Assembly (NCBI GenBank): GCA_965261085.1
Contig: OZ253442.1
Location: forward strand, 256,001 to 320,000
Source: a bacterium
Lineage (GTDB): Bacteria; UBA8248
Direction of reading: 5' to 3'
Length of the DNA: 64,000 nucleotides
Below are positions 47,771 to 58,268 of this stretch, piece by piece (the first letter of the stretch is position 1; every line of letters starts with the position of its first letter). Below the pieces are notes generated by a model that was given only the letters and a program-made list of their open reading frames with translations, ran no database searches and had not been told where the DNA came from. Both the position numbers and the translations under genes were made by a program.

Positions 47771-49075
47771 TCACGTCGCGGCGGGATACGGGCTGTCCAG
47801 CGGACAGCGGCCCAGAGAGATGTGCGCTTCAAATTCATCGTGAAATTTCGTCAAAAACGCGCCGAACATCATGGCGCACGCATCCGAGAGCACACAGATG
47901 GTGTTGCCGCGCATGTTGGGGTCTATCGACGCGAGCGTCTCCAAATCGTCGGGTACTCCCGCGCCCCTCTCCATCCGGGCGAGAATCTCGGATACCCAGC
48001 CGGTTCCCTCCCGGCAGACCGAGCATTGTCCGCAGGATTCGTGCTCGAAAAAGGCGGCGAGCCTGCCGGCGGCCTGCACCATGCACGTTGTCTCGTCCAT
48101 GACGATGACCCCGCCGCTGCCGCCCATGCTGCCCGCCCGGGCGAGGGAGTCGAAATCCATCGTCACCTTGTCTTCATATACTTCCTTCGCGGTGAGGGCG
48201 GGCGCGCTCGCGCCGCCGGGAATCACCGCTTTCAAGGCCGCGCCGTTTCGCATGCCGCCGCAGTGTTCGTGAATCATCTCCTCGCACGTCAGGCCGAGCG
48301 GCAACTCATAAAGGCCCGGTTTCTCTACGTGGCCCGAGACGCAGTACATGCGGGTGCCCGAGTTTTTCTCATCGATTCCGATGCCTGCGAACCACTCCGC
48401 CCCCTTGTTCACGATGTGGGGGAGATTGGCGAGCGTTTCCACGTTGTTGATGACCGTGGGCCGCGCATACAGACCGACGACCGCCGGAAACGGCGGCTTG
48501 AGGCGCGGATGCCCGCGCTTGCCCTCGAGCGATTCCAAAAGCCCGGTTTCCTCGCCGCAGATGTAGGCCCCCGCTCCGCGGTGGGTGTAGATATCGCACG
48601 AAAAACCACTGCCCATGATGTTCCGGCCGACGTAGCCCTTCTCATAGGCTTCGGCCAGAGCCTTTTCCACCGCGCGCCAGGGGGCGACGAATTCGCCGCG
48701 AATGTAAATGTAGGCCTTTTCGATTCCCACCGCGTAGCAGGCGATGAGGATGCCCTCGATGAGTTGATGCGGGTCGCGCAGCATGAGCTCTCGATCCTTG
48801 AACGTGCCGGGCTCTCCCTCGTCCGCGTTGACGGCCAGGTATTTCGGCCCGTCCACCTGGGGCACGAAACTCCACTTGAGCCCGCAAGGAAACCCGGCGC
48901 CGCCTCGCCCGCGCAGGCCCGAGGACTTCACGAGTTCGATGACGTCTGCGGGTTCGACACCGCCCAGAAGGCGTCTTATCGCCTCATAGCCGCCCGAGGC
49001 CTCATAGCCCGCGATATGCGGCGCATCGGGATTATCGAACCGGCCCGTCACGATTTTTTCTAAAACCAACGCCAT
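47771..49075 (-). CDS. nuoF: NADH-quinone oxidoreductase subunit F (operon 1)
   Basis: GLRGRGGAGFP, NADEGEPGTFKDR, GAGAYICGEET, ESCGQC..CREG. Confidence 0.96.
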   Translation of the reverse strand: MALVLEKIVTGRFDNPDAPHIAGYEASGGYEAIRRLLGGVEPADVIELVKSSGLRGRGGAGFPCGLKWSFVPQVDGPKYLAVNADEGEPGTFKDRELMLRDPHQLIEGILIACYAVGIEKAYIYIRGEFVAPWRAVEKALAEAYEKGYVGRNIMGSGFSCDIYTHRGAGAYICGEETGLLESLEGKRGHPRLKPPFPAVVGLYARPTVINNVETLANLPHIVNKGAEWFAGIGIDEKNSGTRMYCVSGHVEKPGLYELPLGLTCEEMIHEHCGGMRNGAALKAVIPGGASAPALTAKEVYEDKVTMDFDSLARAGSMGGSGGVIVMDETTCMVQAAGRLAAFFEHESCGQCSVCREGTGWVSEILARMERGAGVPDDLETLASIDPNMRGNTICVLSDACAMMFGAFLTKFHDEFEAHISLGRCPLDSPYPAAT

Positions 49076-49085
49076 CTTCAGACCC

Positions 49086-49685
49086 TCAGCCTTGGCCTTC
49101 GCCGTCTGTTTCTTCAGCCCCGGCCAGTGCGGGCGACGCCACCTCGTCCGCCCCGATGGGCGAGACGGACTCGCCTTTTTCCAGCGCGCTCAAGATATCG
49201 TTCATGATCTCGGGCGTGACGCACTCGAAATAATCTTCGTTTATCTGCACGCACGGAGCGCCGCCGCAAGCGCCCAGGCATTCGACCGCCTCGACCGAGA
49301 ATTTCCCGTCCTCGCGCGTGTGTCCGGCCCGGCAATCCAGGCGGTTTTCAATCTCGCGCAACAGCCTGCCTGCTCCCATGAGGGCGCACGAGAGGTTGTT
49401 GCACACCTGAACGTGGTACTCCCCGATGGGCTGGGTCTTGAGCATGGTGTAAAAGCTCACCACGCCCCACACTTCCATGGGAGAAACCTCGAAAATCTCG
49501 GCCACGTGCTGCATCACCGCGCTGGTGATGAAGCCCGCCTGCTTCTGGGCCAACTGGAGCGCGGGGATGAGCGCCGAGCGCTTCACCGGATACTTGGCGA
49601 TGACGCGCTCGAGTTCCGCGCGGTTCTCGGGCGAGAACTCGAAGCGTTCTTCCTGCTCGGAATGGGGAAACCGTATCAACGCCAA
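49086..49685 (-). CDS. nuoE: NADH-quinone oxidoreductase subunit E (operon 1)
   Basis: VVSFYTM, VCNNLSC, ECLGACGGAP 2Fe-2S motifs. Confidence 0.95.
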   Translation of the reverse strand: MALIRFPHSEQEERFEFSPENRAELERVIAKYPVKRSALIPALQLAQKQAGFITSAVMQHVAEIFEVSPMEVWGVVSFYTMLKTQPIGEYHVQVCNNLSCALMGAGRLLREIENRLDCRAGHTREDGKFSVEAVECLGACGGAPCVQINEDYFECVTPEIMNDILSALEKGESVSPIGADEVASPALAGAEETDGEGQG

Positions 49686-49709
49686 AACGAGGCCATCCTC
49701 TATTTCACT

Positions 49710-50933
49710 CTAACGATCTATCTCGCCCAACACGATGTCGATGCTGCCGATGGCGGCCACGACGTCGCCCATCAGCCCGCCCCGGGTGATCTCGGAGAGC
49801 GTATGGAGATTCGCGAAACTCGGCGCGCGCACTTTTACCTTATAAGGACTCGGGCTGCCATCGCTGATGATGTAATAACCAAGCTCCCCCCGGGGGGATT
49901 CGATGGCCTGGTACACCTCGCCCTCGGGCACGCTGTAGCCTTCGGTGAATATCTTGAAATGATGGATCAACGCCTCCATGTCGTGGGCCAACTGCTCCTT
50001 GGGCGGCGGCACCACCTTGGCGTTGTCCGCCATGAGGGGACCCTCGGGCATTCCCTCGAGCGCCTGCATGGCGATGCGCCGCGATTGGCGCATCTCGGCG
50101 ATCCGCACCAGATACCTGTCCAGAATGTCGCCCCGCTCTCCCACGGGAACCTCGAAGTCGAACTCCTCATACCCCGAGTAGGGCTCGTTCTTGCGGATGT
50201 CGTAGGGCACGCCGCAGGCCCGGAGCAACGGCCCCGTGATGCCGAGGTCATAAGCCTGCTCGACCGTCATGGCGCAAACGCCCTGCGCGCGGCGTCTGTA
50301 GATGGGGTTGTTGGTGAGTAGTTCCTCATACTCGTCCACGCGATCGGAGAAGGGTTCCAGAAAATCCCGGCAATCCTCATAAAACGTCGGGTAGGGTTCG
50401 CGCGCGACGCCGCCTACCCGGAAATAGCTCGTCATCATGCGGACGCCGGAGACTTTCTCGAAAACCTTGAGAAGTTGCTCGCGTTCTCTAAAGCAATACA
50501 AAAAGACCGTCATCGCGCCCAGATCGAGCGCGTGGGTGCCGAGCCAGACCAGATGGCTGTTCAGGCGCGTCATCTCCGCGAGCAGCACGCGCAGATACCT
50601 GCACCGGCGGGGAACCTCCATATCCAGGAGTTTCTCCACGGCCAGAACGAAGCCCAGATTGTTCGACATCGGCGCCAGATAGTCCATGCGGTCGGTCATG
50701 GGGAGGGCCTTGTTGTAGGTTTTCTCCTCCATGCTCTTCTCGATGCCGGTATGCAGGTAGCCGATGATGGGCTTGCACGAGAGCACCGTCTCGCCGTCTA
50801 GTTCGAGCACCACGCGCAGAACCCCGTGGGTGCTCGGGTGCTGCGGCCCCATGTTGAGCGTCATCGTCTCGGTCTGTATCGGACCGAGCATGTCGCTGTC
50901 GAGTGGGTCTGCGCGCTGCGCTTGCGTGGCCAT
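49710..50933 (-). CDS. nuoD: NADH-quinone oxidoreductase subunit D (operon 1)
   Basis: NMGPQHPSTHGVLR, DRMDY, PPPK...MEALIHHFK, SIDIVLGEIDR. Confidence 0.96.
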   Translation of the reverse strand: MATQAQRADPLDSDMLGPIQTETMTLNMGPQHPSTHGVLRVVLELDGETVLSCKPIIGYLHTGIEKSMEEKTYNKALPMTDRMDYLAPMSNNLGFVLAVEKLLDMEVPRRCRYLRVLLAEMTRLNSHLVWLGTHALDLGAMTVFLYCFREREQLLKVFEKVSGVRMMTSYFRVGGVAREPYPTFYEDCRDFLEPFSDRVDEYEELLTNNPIYRRRAQGVCAMTVEQAYDLGITGPLLRACGVPYDIRKNEPYSGYEEFDFEVPVGERGDILDRYLVRIAEMRQSRRIAMQALEGMPEGPLMADNAKVVPPPKEQLAHDMEALIHHFKIFTEGYSVPEGEVYQAIESPRGELGYYIISDGSPSPYKVKVRAPSFANLHTLSEITRGGLMGDVVAAIGSIDIVLGEIDR

Positions 50934-50951
50934 CGAAGGCTCCCGTGATCC

Positions 50952-51518
50952 TTATTCCGCCGCCTTGGGCTTGCCCGCGGGCGTATCCCTGAAGGTGAAC
51001 GCCACCGGCTCGGATGAGATGTCGAAATCCTTGCGGTGGGGATAGCCCTCGAAGCCCTCAGGCGTGAGGATGCGCTCGAGTTCGGGGTGTCCCTCGAAAT
51101 TGATCCCCAAAAGGTCGTACGCCTCGCACTCATGGAGCCTCGCGCCGGGCCATATCCCGCAGATGCTGGGCATCGTCGGCTCGAGATCGTCCGCGCAGGG
51201 GGCTTCTATGCGCAGACGCCGCGACTTTTCGGGATTCAGCAGCGAATACGTCACCTTGAACCGGTAGGAAACCGGCAACTCCAGACAATCCACCCCGCAG
51301 ACGAAGCTCAGGAACTTGTACCCTCTCTCATCGCGCAAGAATCGCACCGCATCGAGCAAGGCGCCCGGCGCGACCTGGGTGGATATCTGGCCGCGATGCT
51401 CGCCCGCCCCGAGAAAGCCGCCCCCGATCTTCGCCTGCAACAAAACGAGGTCGGGGTTTTTTCTTTCGATCGGCTCCTCGGTCGGCTCTTCGACCTCCCC
51501 CTGCTCCTCTTCATTCAA
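50952..51518 (-). CDS. nuoC: NADH-quinone oxidoreductase subunit C (operon 1)
   Basis: E.EAYDLLGINFEGHPELERIL, P.RKDF. Confidence 0.93.
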   Translation of the reverse strand: MNEEEQGEVEEPTEEPIERKNPDLVLLQAKIGGGFLGAGEHRGQISTQVAPGALLDAVRFLRDERGYKFLSFVCGVDCLELPVSYRFKVTYSLLNPEKSRRLRIEAPCADDLEPTMPSICGIWPGARLHECEAYDLLGINFEGHPELERILTPEGFEGYPHRKDFDISSEPVAFTFRDTPAGKPKAAE

Positions 51519-51629
51519 CGGCTCAACCCCTCATTTTCCAAAGGCTTACATCCACTTCACGAACAAGCTCTCACCCCGCATTTGCGTCGACTTTCTACTC
51601 ACATGGCGTGGGGAACTTTCGCACATCAT

Positions 51630-52127
51630 CTAAAGCGAGGTGATGCTGGAATCCTCTCGGTAGAGCGTTTCATCCGCTATCTTCGCCTGGAGCTTCATGA
51701 TCCCGTCGATGAGCGTTTCGGGACGGGGCGGACAGCCCGGCACGTAAATGTCGACGGGCACCACCTCGTCCACGCCCTGCACGAGCGCGTAGTTGTTGAA
51801 TATCCCGCCCGTAGACGCGCACGCGCCCATGGAAATCACCCATTTCGGCTCGGGCATCTGATCGTATATCTGCCGGAGCACGGGCGCCATCTTGCGCGAC
51901 ACCCTGCCCGCCACGATCATCAAATCCGCCTGGCGCGGTGATGCGCGGAACACCTCGGCGCCGAAGCGCGATATGTCGTATTTCGCCGCCGAGGTCGACA
52001 TCATCTCGATGGCGCAGCAAGCCAGCCCGAAAAGCGCGGGCCACAGGCTGTTCTTACGCGCCCATTTGATGACGTCGGTCGCGCGGCCCAGTACCACCTG
52101 GCCTTCTAATTGTTGTTCTAGTCCCAT
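51630..52127 (-). CDS. nuoB: NADH-quinone oxidoreductase subunit B (operon 1)
   Basis: Start ATG 52127; [34 protein letters not shown]. Confidence 0.96.
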   Translation of the reverse strand: MGLEQQLEGQVVLGRATDVIKWARKNSLWPALFGLACCAIEMMSTSAAKYDISRFGAEVFRASPRQADLMIVAGRVSRKMAPVLRQIYDQMPEPKWVISMGACASTGGIFNNYALVQGVDEVVPVDIYVPGCPPRPETLIDGIMKLQAKIADETLYREDSSITSL

Positions 52128-52474
52128 TCGAGCGCTCCCCTGCGCCACTCGTATATCAGACTGGCCACCAGCAAAGCCATGAAAGGCAGAATCGCGAGAA
52201 ACCCGTATACGCCCAAACTCCTCAAGTTCACCGCCCACGGGTACAAAAAGATGGTCTCCACGTCGAAGACGATGAACAAAATCGCCACCAGAAAGAATTT
52301 CACGCTGAAGCGCCCGCGCGCGTTCGTTTGGGGCACGATGCCGCACTCATAGGCGGAGTCTTTCTCCACCGTGGACTTGCGCCTTCCCAACAGGAACGTC
52401 ATGCCGAGGTTCATGATGGCGAACGCCACCGCCAGGGCTATCAAAATCAATATGGGCAAATACTCTTCCGGCAT
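52118..52474 (-). CDS. nuoA: NADH-quinone oxidoreductase subunit A (operon 1)
   Basis: [32 protein letters not shown]. Confidence 0.95.
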   Translation of the reverse strand: MPEEYLPILILIALAVAFAIMNLGMTFLLGRRKSTVEKDSAYECGIVPQTNARGRFSVKFFLVAILFIVFDVETIFLYPWAVNLRSLGVYGFLAILPFMALLVASLIYEWRRGALEWD

Positions 52475-52801
52475 TTCCCGCCCCCACGGCGCTCAGAAGC
52501 GCACTTTTTCCTTATGTCGAATAGGTCGTCGAATCGAGCGCATCTTACGGCTGGCATCCCGTGGTGTCAACAATTCGCCGCCCGGATGCGCCATAAACCG
52601 AAACCCGGCCCGACTTCACCGGACATGTATTCCACATCGCCCCCTCCACTTGGAAATTTTGGTGTTTTTCCTCCCTTGAAAATAGGGTATCTTGAACCTG
52701 TAGCACCTTCGCCTCATCCGCCGCCTATCGCTGTGGAAGGTGGGGCGTCCGGACGAAAACCCGAGGCATCACTCTCGCGTGCGCGCAGGAGGGTTTCAGC
52801 C

Positions 52802-53932
52802 ATGAACAAACAAAATCCACCAACCCGGGCGCGCCTCGACGCCCTGCTGCATGATTTCGAGGCTCTGGCGCAGCGGCAGGTAGGCTACCCCTGCAACCAG
52901 AATTTCGATTTTTCGGATTTGCTGCCCTTTCTGGAATACAGCCTCAACAACGTGGGCGATCCCTTTCACGACAGCAATTTCCGCAGCAACACCCATGAGA
53001 TTGAGCGTGAGGTCATCGCCCGGTTCGCCTCTTTGATGCACCTGGAACAGGATCAGACCTGGGGCTACGTCACCTCCGGCGGAACCGAAGGCAACATGTA
53101 CGGCCTCTATATGGGTCGCGAACTGTTCCCGAGCGGCATGGTGTATTTCTCGCAGGATACGCACTACAGCGTTCTCAAGATCCTGCGCGTACTGAACGTG
53201 CGCAACATCATGATCAAGAGCAGCGAGAACGGAGAGATCGACTACGAGGACCTCCACGAGACGATACGCATCCACCGCGATGCGCCGGTCATCTTCATGG
53301 CGAACATCGGCTCCACGATGAAAGGCGCCGTGGACGACGTGAGCAAGGTGCGCGGCATCCTGGACGACCTGGCGGTCACGAACGCCTACATTCACGCGGA
53401 CGCAGCCCTGAGCGGCATGATTCTGCCCTTCGTCGAGGAGCCCCAGCCCTATGGCTTCGACGCGGGCTTCGACAGCGTCTCCATCAGCGGGCACAAGCTC
53501 ATCGGCTGCCCGCTGCCCTGCGGCGTCGTACTGACAAGGCGCGATTACGTGGCGCGCATCGCGCGCTCGATAGAATACGTGGGCGTACTCGACACCACAC
53601 TGCCCGGCTCACGCAGCGGGCTGACGCCGCTCATGCTGTGGTACGCCTTCGAGCGCTATGGCCTTGACGGTTTTCGAGAACTCGTGGCGGAGATGCTGGC
53701 GGTCGCAGAGTATGCGGTCGAGCGTTTCAACGAACGCGGCGTTCCCGCATGGCGTCACAAGAACTCGGTGACGGTCGTCTTCCCGAGACCCCCGAGCGAG
53801 GTCTTGCGCAAGTGGCAAATCGCCCCGCTGGGAGACATCGCCCACATCATCACCATGCCGCACGTCACGCGCGAGATGATTAACGAGTTCGTCGATGACT
53901 GCGTGAAACTACAACACAGGCAAACGGCCTGA
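52802..53932 (+). CDS. hdc: PLP-dependent histidine decarboxylase (group II; HDC/serine decarboxylase clade)
   Basis: Start ATG 52802; GYP.N..FD, NNVGDPF, WGYVTSGGTEGNMYG, DTHYS, HADAALSG, PLP lysine motif SISGHKLIGCPLPCG. Confidence 0.8.
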   Translation: MNKQNPPTRARLDALLHDFEALAQRQVGYPCNQNFDFSDLLPFLEYSLNNVGDPFHDSNFRSNTHEIEREVIARFASLMHLEQDQTWGYVTSGGTEGNMYGLYMGRELFPSGMVYFSQDTHYSVLKILRVLNVRNIMIKSSENGEIDYEDLHETIRIHRDAPVIFMANIGSTMKGAVDDVSKVRGILDDLAVTNAYIHADAALSGMILPFVEEPQPYGFDAGFDSVSISGHKLIGCPLPCGVVLTRRDYVARIARSIEYVGVLDTTLPGSRSGLTPLMLWYAFERYGLDGFRELVAEMLAVAEYAVERFNERGVPAWRHKNSVTVVFPRPPSEVLRKWQIAPLGDIAHIITMPHVTREMINEFVDDCVKLQHRQTA

Positions 53933-53944
53933 GGAGGAATTTCG

Positions 53945-54337
53945 ATGAATCGAATCATCATCACGGTGCGGGACGAGGTCGGCGTCATTGCGGATATCAG
54001 CAAGGCGCTGGCCGATGAGTCCATCAACATAGAAGCCTTGAACACCGAGGTCGCAGGCGAGAAGGGCGTCGTCATCCTGACCACGGATGAGTCCGACCGC
54101 GCCCTGCACGTACTCAAGAACGCGGGCTTCCGGGCAATCAGCGATGAGGCGATGATCATCAGGCTGCGCGACGAACCAGGGGCTCTCGCCAAAGTGGCGG
54201 AGAAATTCAAGCAGGCCGGGGTTAACATCCAGAGCATGCACATACTGAACCGTCATGCCGGCTACGCGAACGTCGCCCTGACCGCGGATAATGACGCGAA
54301 GGCAAAGATGCTGCTCGAGGACGAAGACGTGCTTTGA
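53945..54337 (+). CDS. tandem ACT-domain protein
   Basis: GAGGAG RBS 12 nt after the hdc stop; two ACT motifs (RDEVGVIADISKALA..INIE; RDEPGALAKVAEKF..AGVNI). Confidence 0.85.
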   Translation: MNRIIITVRDEVGVIADISKALADESINIEALNTEVAGEKGVVILTTDESDRALHVLKNAGFRAISDEAMIIRLRDEPGALAKVAEKFKQAGVNIQSMHILNRHAGYANVALTADNDAKAKMLLEDEDVL

Positions 54338-54417
54338 AGAGGGAATGCGCGCAAGAGAAATACCAAAGCGCGGCCTCTAAAATCACTCCCCCCTTGAGGG
54401 TCAATTCTGACCGAAGA

Positions 54418-55939
54418 GGGGTTGTTGAATAACCCGGTTTCGGGAGCGGGCGGTATGGAGGGTCACGCGGCGGCGGACAGGAAGCCCGCGCAGCTTGCGA
54501 GGCCGCGATGGACGCACAGAGGCTCTTCCCGGGCCGACCAGGCCCTCCAGAGGGCGAATAACCTTGCAGCAAGTGCGGCGGAGAGCCGCTTGAGGTTGAT
54601 CGCCGCCGCCGTCAGGTAGGACTGTATCTTCATGTTCTCAAGACCGCGCCGCACCGCGCGCGCAAGCCCGTGCCAGGTCTTCGCCTCGCCGTGGTAGCCC
54701 TCCGAGCGCCACATATGACGCCGGTACATCCGCCGCTCCTCCTCCCTCCATCGCGCATGGCGCCGGCGCGCGCGCAACAGCGCCGGATACGCATGCGGAA
54801 CCAACACCACCTTGCTCGACCACGCCTTCGGCAGGCAATCCTCGCGAAGCGCGCAGCCCGCGCAATCACGGGTCTTCGAACGATAATAACGCCCCCCCTT
54901 TGCGGGCCGACGGGGGCTCAGTATCTTGCCGCGCGGACACTTCACGATGTCGTGCCGCGCGTCGTAGCGGAACAGGCGCAACGGAACACGGCTCTGCGAG
55001 GGTTCCCTCTTCGCCGGAATGAGCGCGGCCACACCCCGGCGCTCCAGGGCCGCGTAGACCTTCGAGTAGGCGTAGCCAGAGTCCGCCGTCACCATCGCGG
55101 GCGCGCGCCCCGATACCTCGCATACCGCTTCCACCTGCGATTCGAGCACCTCACGCTCGTTCACCGTACCCTCCGTCACCGATACGTCGAGCACCACCCC
55201 GCGCGTGTCGTCCACCACAGCGTGCTGCTTGTAGCTCGGCTCGAATCCCCCGCCCGTTCTCGCCAGCCGCGCGTCCGGGTCCGTCCGGCTCACCTTCCCG
55301 GAACCCCCGCCACGGCGGCCTCCTCCACCCTTCTTCCCGGCCTCCTCCTCGACGGGGTTCTCCGCTATCACCTCGTCCACGTGACGCTCCACCAGACTCT
55401 CCCAACTCACGTCCGCGCGGATCAATGAGGCGTCCACGTGCACGACTTCGGCCTTGGCCACCTTCGCATCCAGGCACGCACGGACCGTGCGGCGGAATAT
55501 CTCCCGGAACCGGGCCTCCCCCCAGCGCTGCCGTATCCGCGTCAGGCTCGAATGATCCGGCAGCCGATCCTCCAGCCCGTAACCGATGAACCACCGGATC
55601 GCGATGTTCACCTGCGCCTCGCGCATCAACCGACGGTCGTGCACGAACCCCAGCAGAAGGCCCGCCAACATCAACCGAACCGCCACTTCGGGGTCGATCC
55701 CAGGACGGCCGTTGTCCGCGCAATAACAATCCGCCACTTCCTCGCGCAGCCAACTCAGGTCCAGAACGCGGTTCACGCGGGCCAATATGTGATCCTCGGG
55801 AATCAACCTCTCCAGCGAACCGGTGATGAACAAATCCATCTGGGCGCGGTTCTTGCGTCCCAACATCGCGGATATTCCCTTCTCGGGCGCGTAATATCCA
55901 TACATCCAAGCATAGAGTCAGGGGTTTTTCAACAACCCC
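54418..55939 (-). mobile_element. IS1182-family insertion sequence (second, distinct element)
   Basis: 17/18 inverted repeat GGGGTTGTTGAATAACCC / GGGTTTTTCAACAACCCC; direct repeat GAAGA at 54413-54417 and 55940-55944. Confidence 0.85.
54463..55866 (-). CDS. IS1182-family DDE transposase
   Basis: GRPGIDPE, PDHSSLTRIR.R, VDASLI.A, S.TDPDA, ADSGY, CP.GK, EAKTWHGL.RA..RG. Confidence 0.92.
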   Translation of the reverse strand: MLGRKNRAQMDLFITGSLERLIPEDHILARVNRVLDLSWLREEVADCYCADNGRPGIDPEVAVRLMLAGLLLGFVHDRRLMREAQVNIAIRWFIGYGLEDRLPDHSSLTRIRQRWGEARFREIFRRTVRACLDAKVAKAEVVHVDASLIRADVSWESLVERHVDEVIAENPVEEEAGKKGGGGRRGGGSGKVSRTDPDARLARTGGGFEPSYKQHAVVDDTRGVVLDVSVTEGTVNEREVLESQVEAVCEVSGRAPAMVTADSGYAYSKVYAALERRGVAALIPAKREPSQSRVPLRLFRYDARHDIVKCPRGKILSPRRPAKGGRYYRSKTRDCAGCALREDCLPKAWSSKVVLVPHAYPALLRARRRHARWREEERRMYRRHMWRSEGYHGEAKTWHGLARAVRRGLENMKIQSYLTAAAINLKRLSAALAARLFALWRAWSAREEPLCVHRGLASCAGFLSAAA

Positions 55940-56156
55940 GAAGAGGGAAGGATTGTCGCAGAAGCCGAACCTCTGGTGAAGGCTGATGCGGTGGGGGTAC
56001 GGTTCCAAAACAAAAGCTCCCCCCACCGGTTCGTTTACGGGCTTATGCCCTTACCTCACCGACTCCCCCTCAAGGGGGGAGTGGTTCCCCTCACTTATCA
56101 ATCGTCATCGACCTCAACGGGAAGTGATATTGAATGTGTATCTTCTCGAAGAAGTT

Positions 56157-57026
56157 TCACCCGCCCAGGATCAGCAAAATGATTCCCGCCAGAATCACCA
56201 TTCCCCCCAGGAGCGTTTCGCGAACGCGCTCGCGCTCCTTGAAGAAGACGTAGCCGATGCCGATGGCCAGGAGAATCTCGACCTGCTTCACCGATTCCAC
56301 ATAGGAGATGAGCGTGAGGCGAAAGGCCTCCGCCTGGGCGAGGCTCGCGATGAAGGCGAACAACCCCAGGGAAATGAAGCCCTTCCAGAGTTTGGGGGCG
56401 TCCTTGAAGTGCTCGGCGGATTTCCACAAGGTCAGCGGCAACACAACGACCGTCGCCGCCGCATAGGTGGCGAACGTGCCGAAAGCCGCGTCTGAGAGCA
56501 CTGCCGCCTGCTTGAAGGTAATAACCGAGGGCGCGTACAGCAGCGAGGCGAGCACGGTGTAGCGCATCCCCTTGTCGGTGAAGAGCGCGCGAACAGGCTC
56601 GAACCAGCCGATTCGCGCACGCGAGACGTTCAGTCCGTAGACGCCCGCCAGGGTGACGAAGATGCCCACAAGCCCCCAGGCCGAGGGCGCCTCGCCCAGC
56701 GTGATGAAAGCGAGCACCACCAGCCAGATGGTCGCGAGCTTCCACAGCGAGGTCACCACGCCCATCGAGCCGTACAAGAGCGCTTTCGAAAGCGAGAGCG
56801 TGGCCATGGTCTGCAGGAAGCCGAACAGGATGCAAATCCACCAGAAGCCGGGCTGTATCTCGGGCACGCCCTTCATCCACACCGCCACGGCCGCGAAGGG
56901 GAGCAGGAACGCGAATCGCCCCAACACGTTGATGTACTCATCGAGCTTGTGGCCGATGGATTTCATCGCCGCGTTTCTGAGCACCTGCGCGAGAGCTGCG
57001 ATAACGGCAAGCGTTACCCAGTCCAT
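56157..57026 (-). CDS. EamA/DMT-family transporter
   Basis: 289 aa, ~10 TM segments in two repeats, LGE and FFKE loop motifs. Confidence 0.85.
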   Translation of the reverse strand: MDWVTLAVIAALAQVLRNAAMKSIGHKLDEYINVLGRFAFLLPFAAVAVWMKGVPEIQPGFWWICILFGFLQTMATLSLSKALLYGSMGVVTSLWKLATIWLVVLAFITLGEAPSAWGLVGIFVTLAGVYGLNVSRARIGWFEPVRALFTDKGMRYTVLASLLYAPSVITFKQAAVLSDAAFGTFATYAAATVVVLPLTLWKSAEHFKDAPKLWKGFISLGLFAFIASLAQAEAFRLTLISYVESVKQVEILLAIGIGYVFFKERERVRETLLGGMVILAGIILLILGG

Positions 57027-57239
57027 TCCATACTCCTCTACCCATTCGCCATACGATGAAAACCAGGGCCTTTTCTACGCGCACAATAGGCCTAAGTCCA
57101 ACGGCGACGGTGTTTCACGGGGCTTGCGCCAAAACGCCGTCTTAAGCCAAGCCGAAAACCCCTCCCCCGTCTGACACGGCCGCGCGCGGTATGCTAATCT
57201 GGCGATGGTTATCCGTTTCCCTGCAAGGAGCCTCGCGCC

Positions 57240-58268
57240 ATGATACGCGACGACGTATTCGTCTTTGACAACGTGGTGCATATGTACGATTACTCGGATG
57301 AGAACCTCATCTCCGAGAAGAGCGAATACGACCGCCACTACCACGTGAGCAAGGTGCTGCGCAGAAGACAAACCGCGCCCACGGACGTATACGCGGGGTG
57401 GGACCCGGTGGAAGGCTTCAAGCGCCGCTGGAGCGTCGAGGACATGGGCCGCCTCGTGTTCGAGGATTCGGGCACCGATATGGCGATGGCCCAGGCCGTA
57501 CCCCTGTTCGACCTCTACAAGGACGGCTTCGCGCCCGTGAAGGCGCAGTATGCCTTCTCGCAGGCGTATCCTGAGCGTTGCCTGTTCTGCGGGGCCGTGG
57601 ACCCCATGTACCCGAGCGTGGCCGCCGCCTGTGAGGAGATGGAGCGCCAGGTGAAGGAGTGGGGGGCGAAATCCATGAAAATCTACAACGCCCACGTGGA
57701 CGGGAAATCCTGGGCGTGCGACGACCCCGAAATCGCCTACCCTCTCTACGAAAAAGGGCGTGAACTGGGCATTAAAGTCTTTCAGTTCCACAAGGGAAAT
57801 CCGATAACGCGGGCTAGGCTGCGCGACCTCTCACCGCTCGACATCGAGGGCGCGGCTCTTGATTTTCCGGATCTGCTCTTCGGCATCCATCATCTGGCGG
57901 TGCCCTATTTCGAAGAAGTGGTCTGGATGGCGAACCGCTACGAGAATGTCTTTCTCGTACTCTCGGGTATCGGCCACACGCCCATGATCGCGCCCAGAAC
58001 CTTCACCGAATGGATGGGCCGGCTCCTGCGCGACGTGGGCTCCGAGAGAGTTCTCTGGGGTTCCGAGATGGCGCTCCTGGGAAACGCGAGGCCCGTCCTC
58101 GAATGGATATGGGAGATGGAAATCCCCGAATCCATGCAGGATGACTACGGCTATCCGCAAATTACCGAAGAGGACAAGCGCAATATCCTGGGCTTGAACC
58201 AGGCGCGTATCTTCGGCGTGGACGTGGAGGCCAAGAAACGAGAGCTCTGGAACGGAGCATCGCGATGA
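57240..58268 (+). CDS. amidohydrolase_2-family metal-dependent hydrolase/decarboxylase
   Basis: D.VVH, K.Y, FHKG, DFPDL.F.IHH, RVLWGSE, KRNILGLN.ARIFG. Confidence 0.85.
   Translation: MIRDDVFVFDNVVHMYDYSDENLISEKSEYDRHYHVSKVLRRRQTAPTDVYAGWDPVEGFKRRWSVEDMGRLVFEDSGTDMAMAQAVPLFDLYKDGFAPVKAQYAFSQAYPERCLFCGAVDPMYPSVAAACEEMERQVKEWGAKSMKIYNAHVDGKSWACDDPEIAYPLYEKGRELGIKVFQFHKGNPITRARLRDLSPLDIEGAALDFPDLLFGIHHLAVPYFEEVVWMANRYENVFLVLSGIGHTPMIAPRTFTEWMGRLLRDVGSERVLWGSEMALLGNARPVLEWIWEMEIPESMQDDYGYPQITEEDKRNILGLNQARIFGVDVEAKKRELWNGASR

Larger units (their letters stand above)
54384..56083. repeat. palindromic REP/MITE-like element split by the IS1182 insertion
   Basis: Perfect 17-bp terminal inverted repeat CACTCCCCCCTTGAGGG (54384-54400) / CCCTCAAGGGGGGAGTG (56067-56083). 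Confidence 0.65.
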
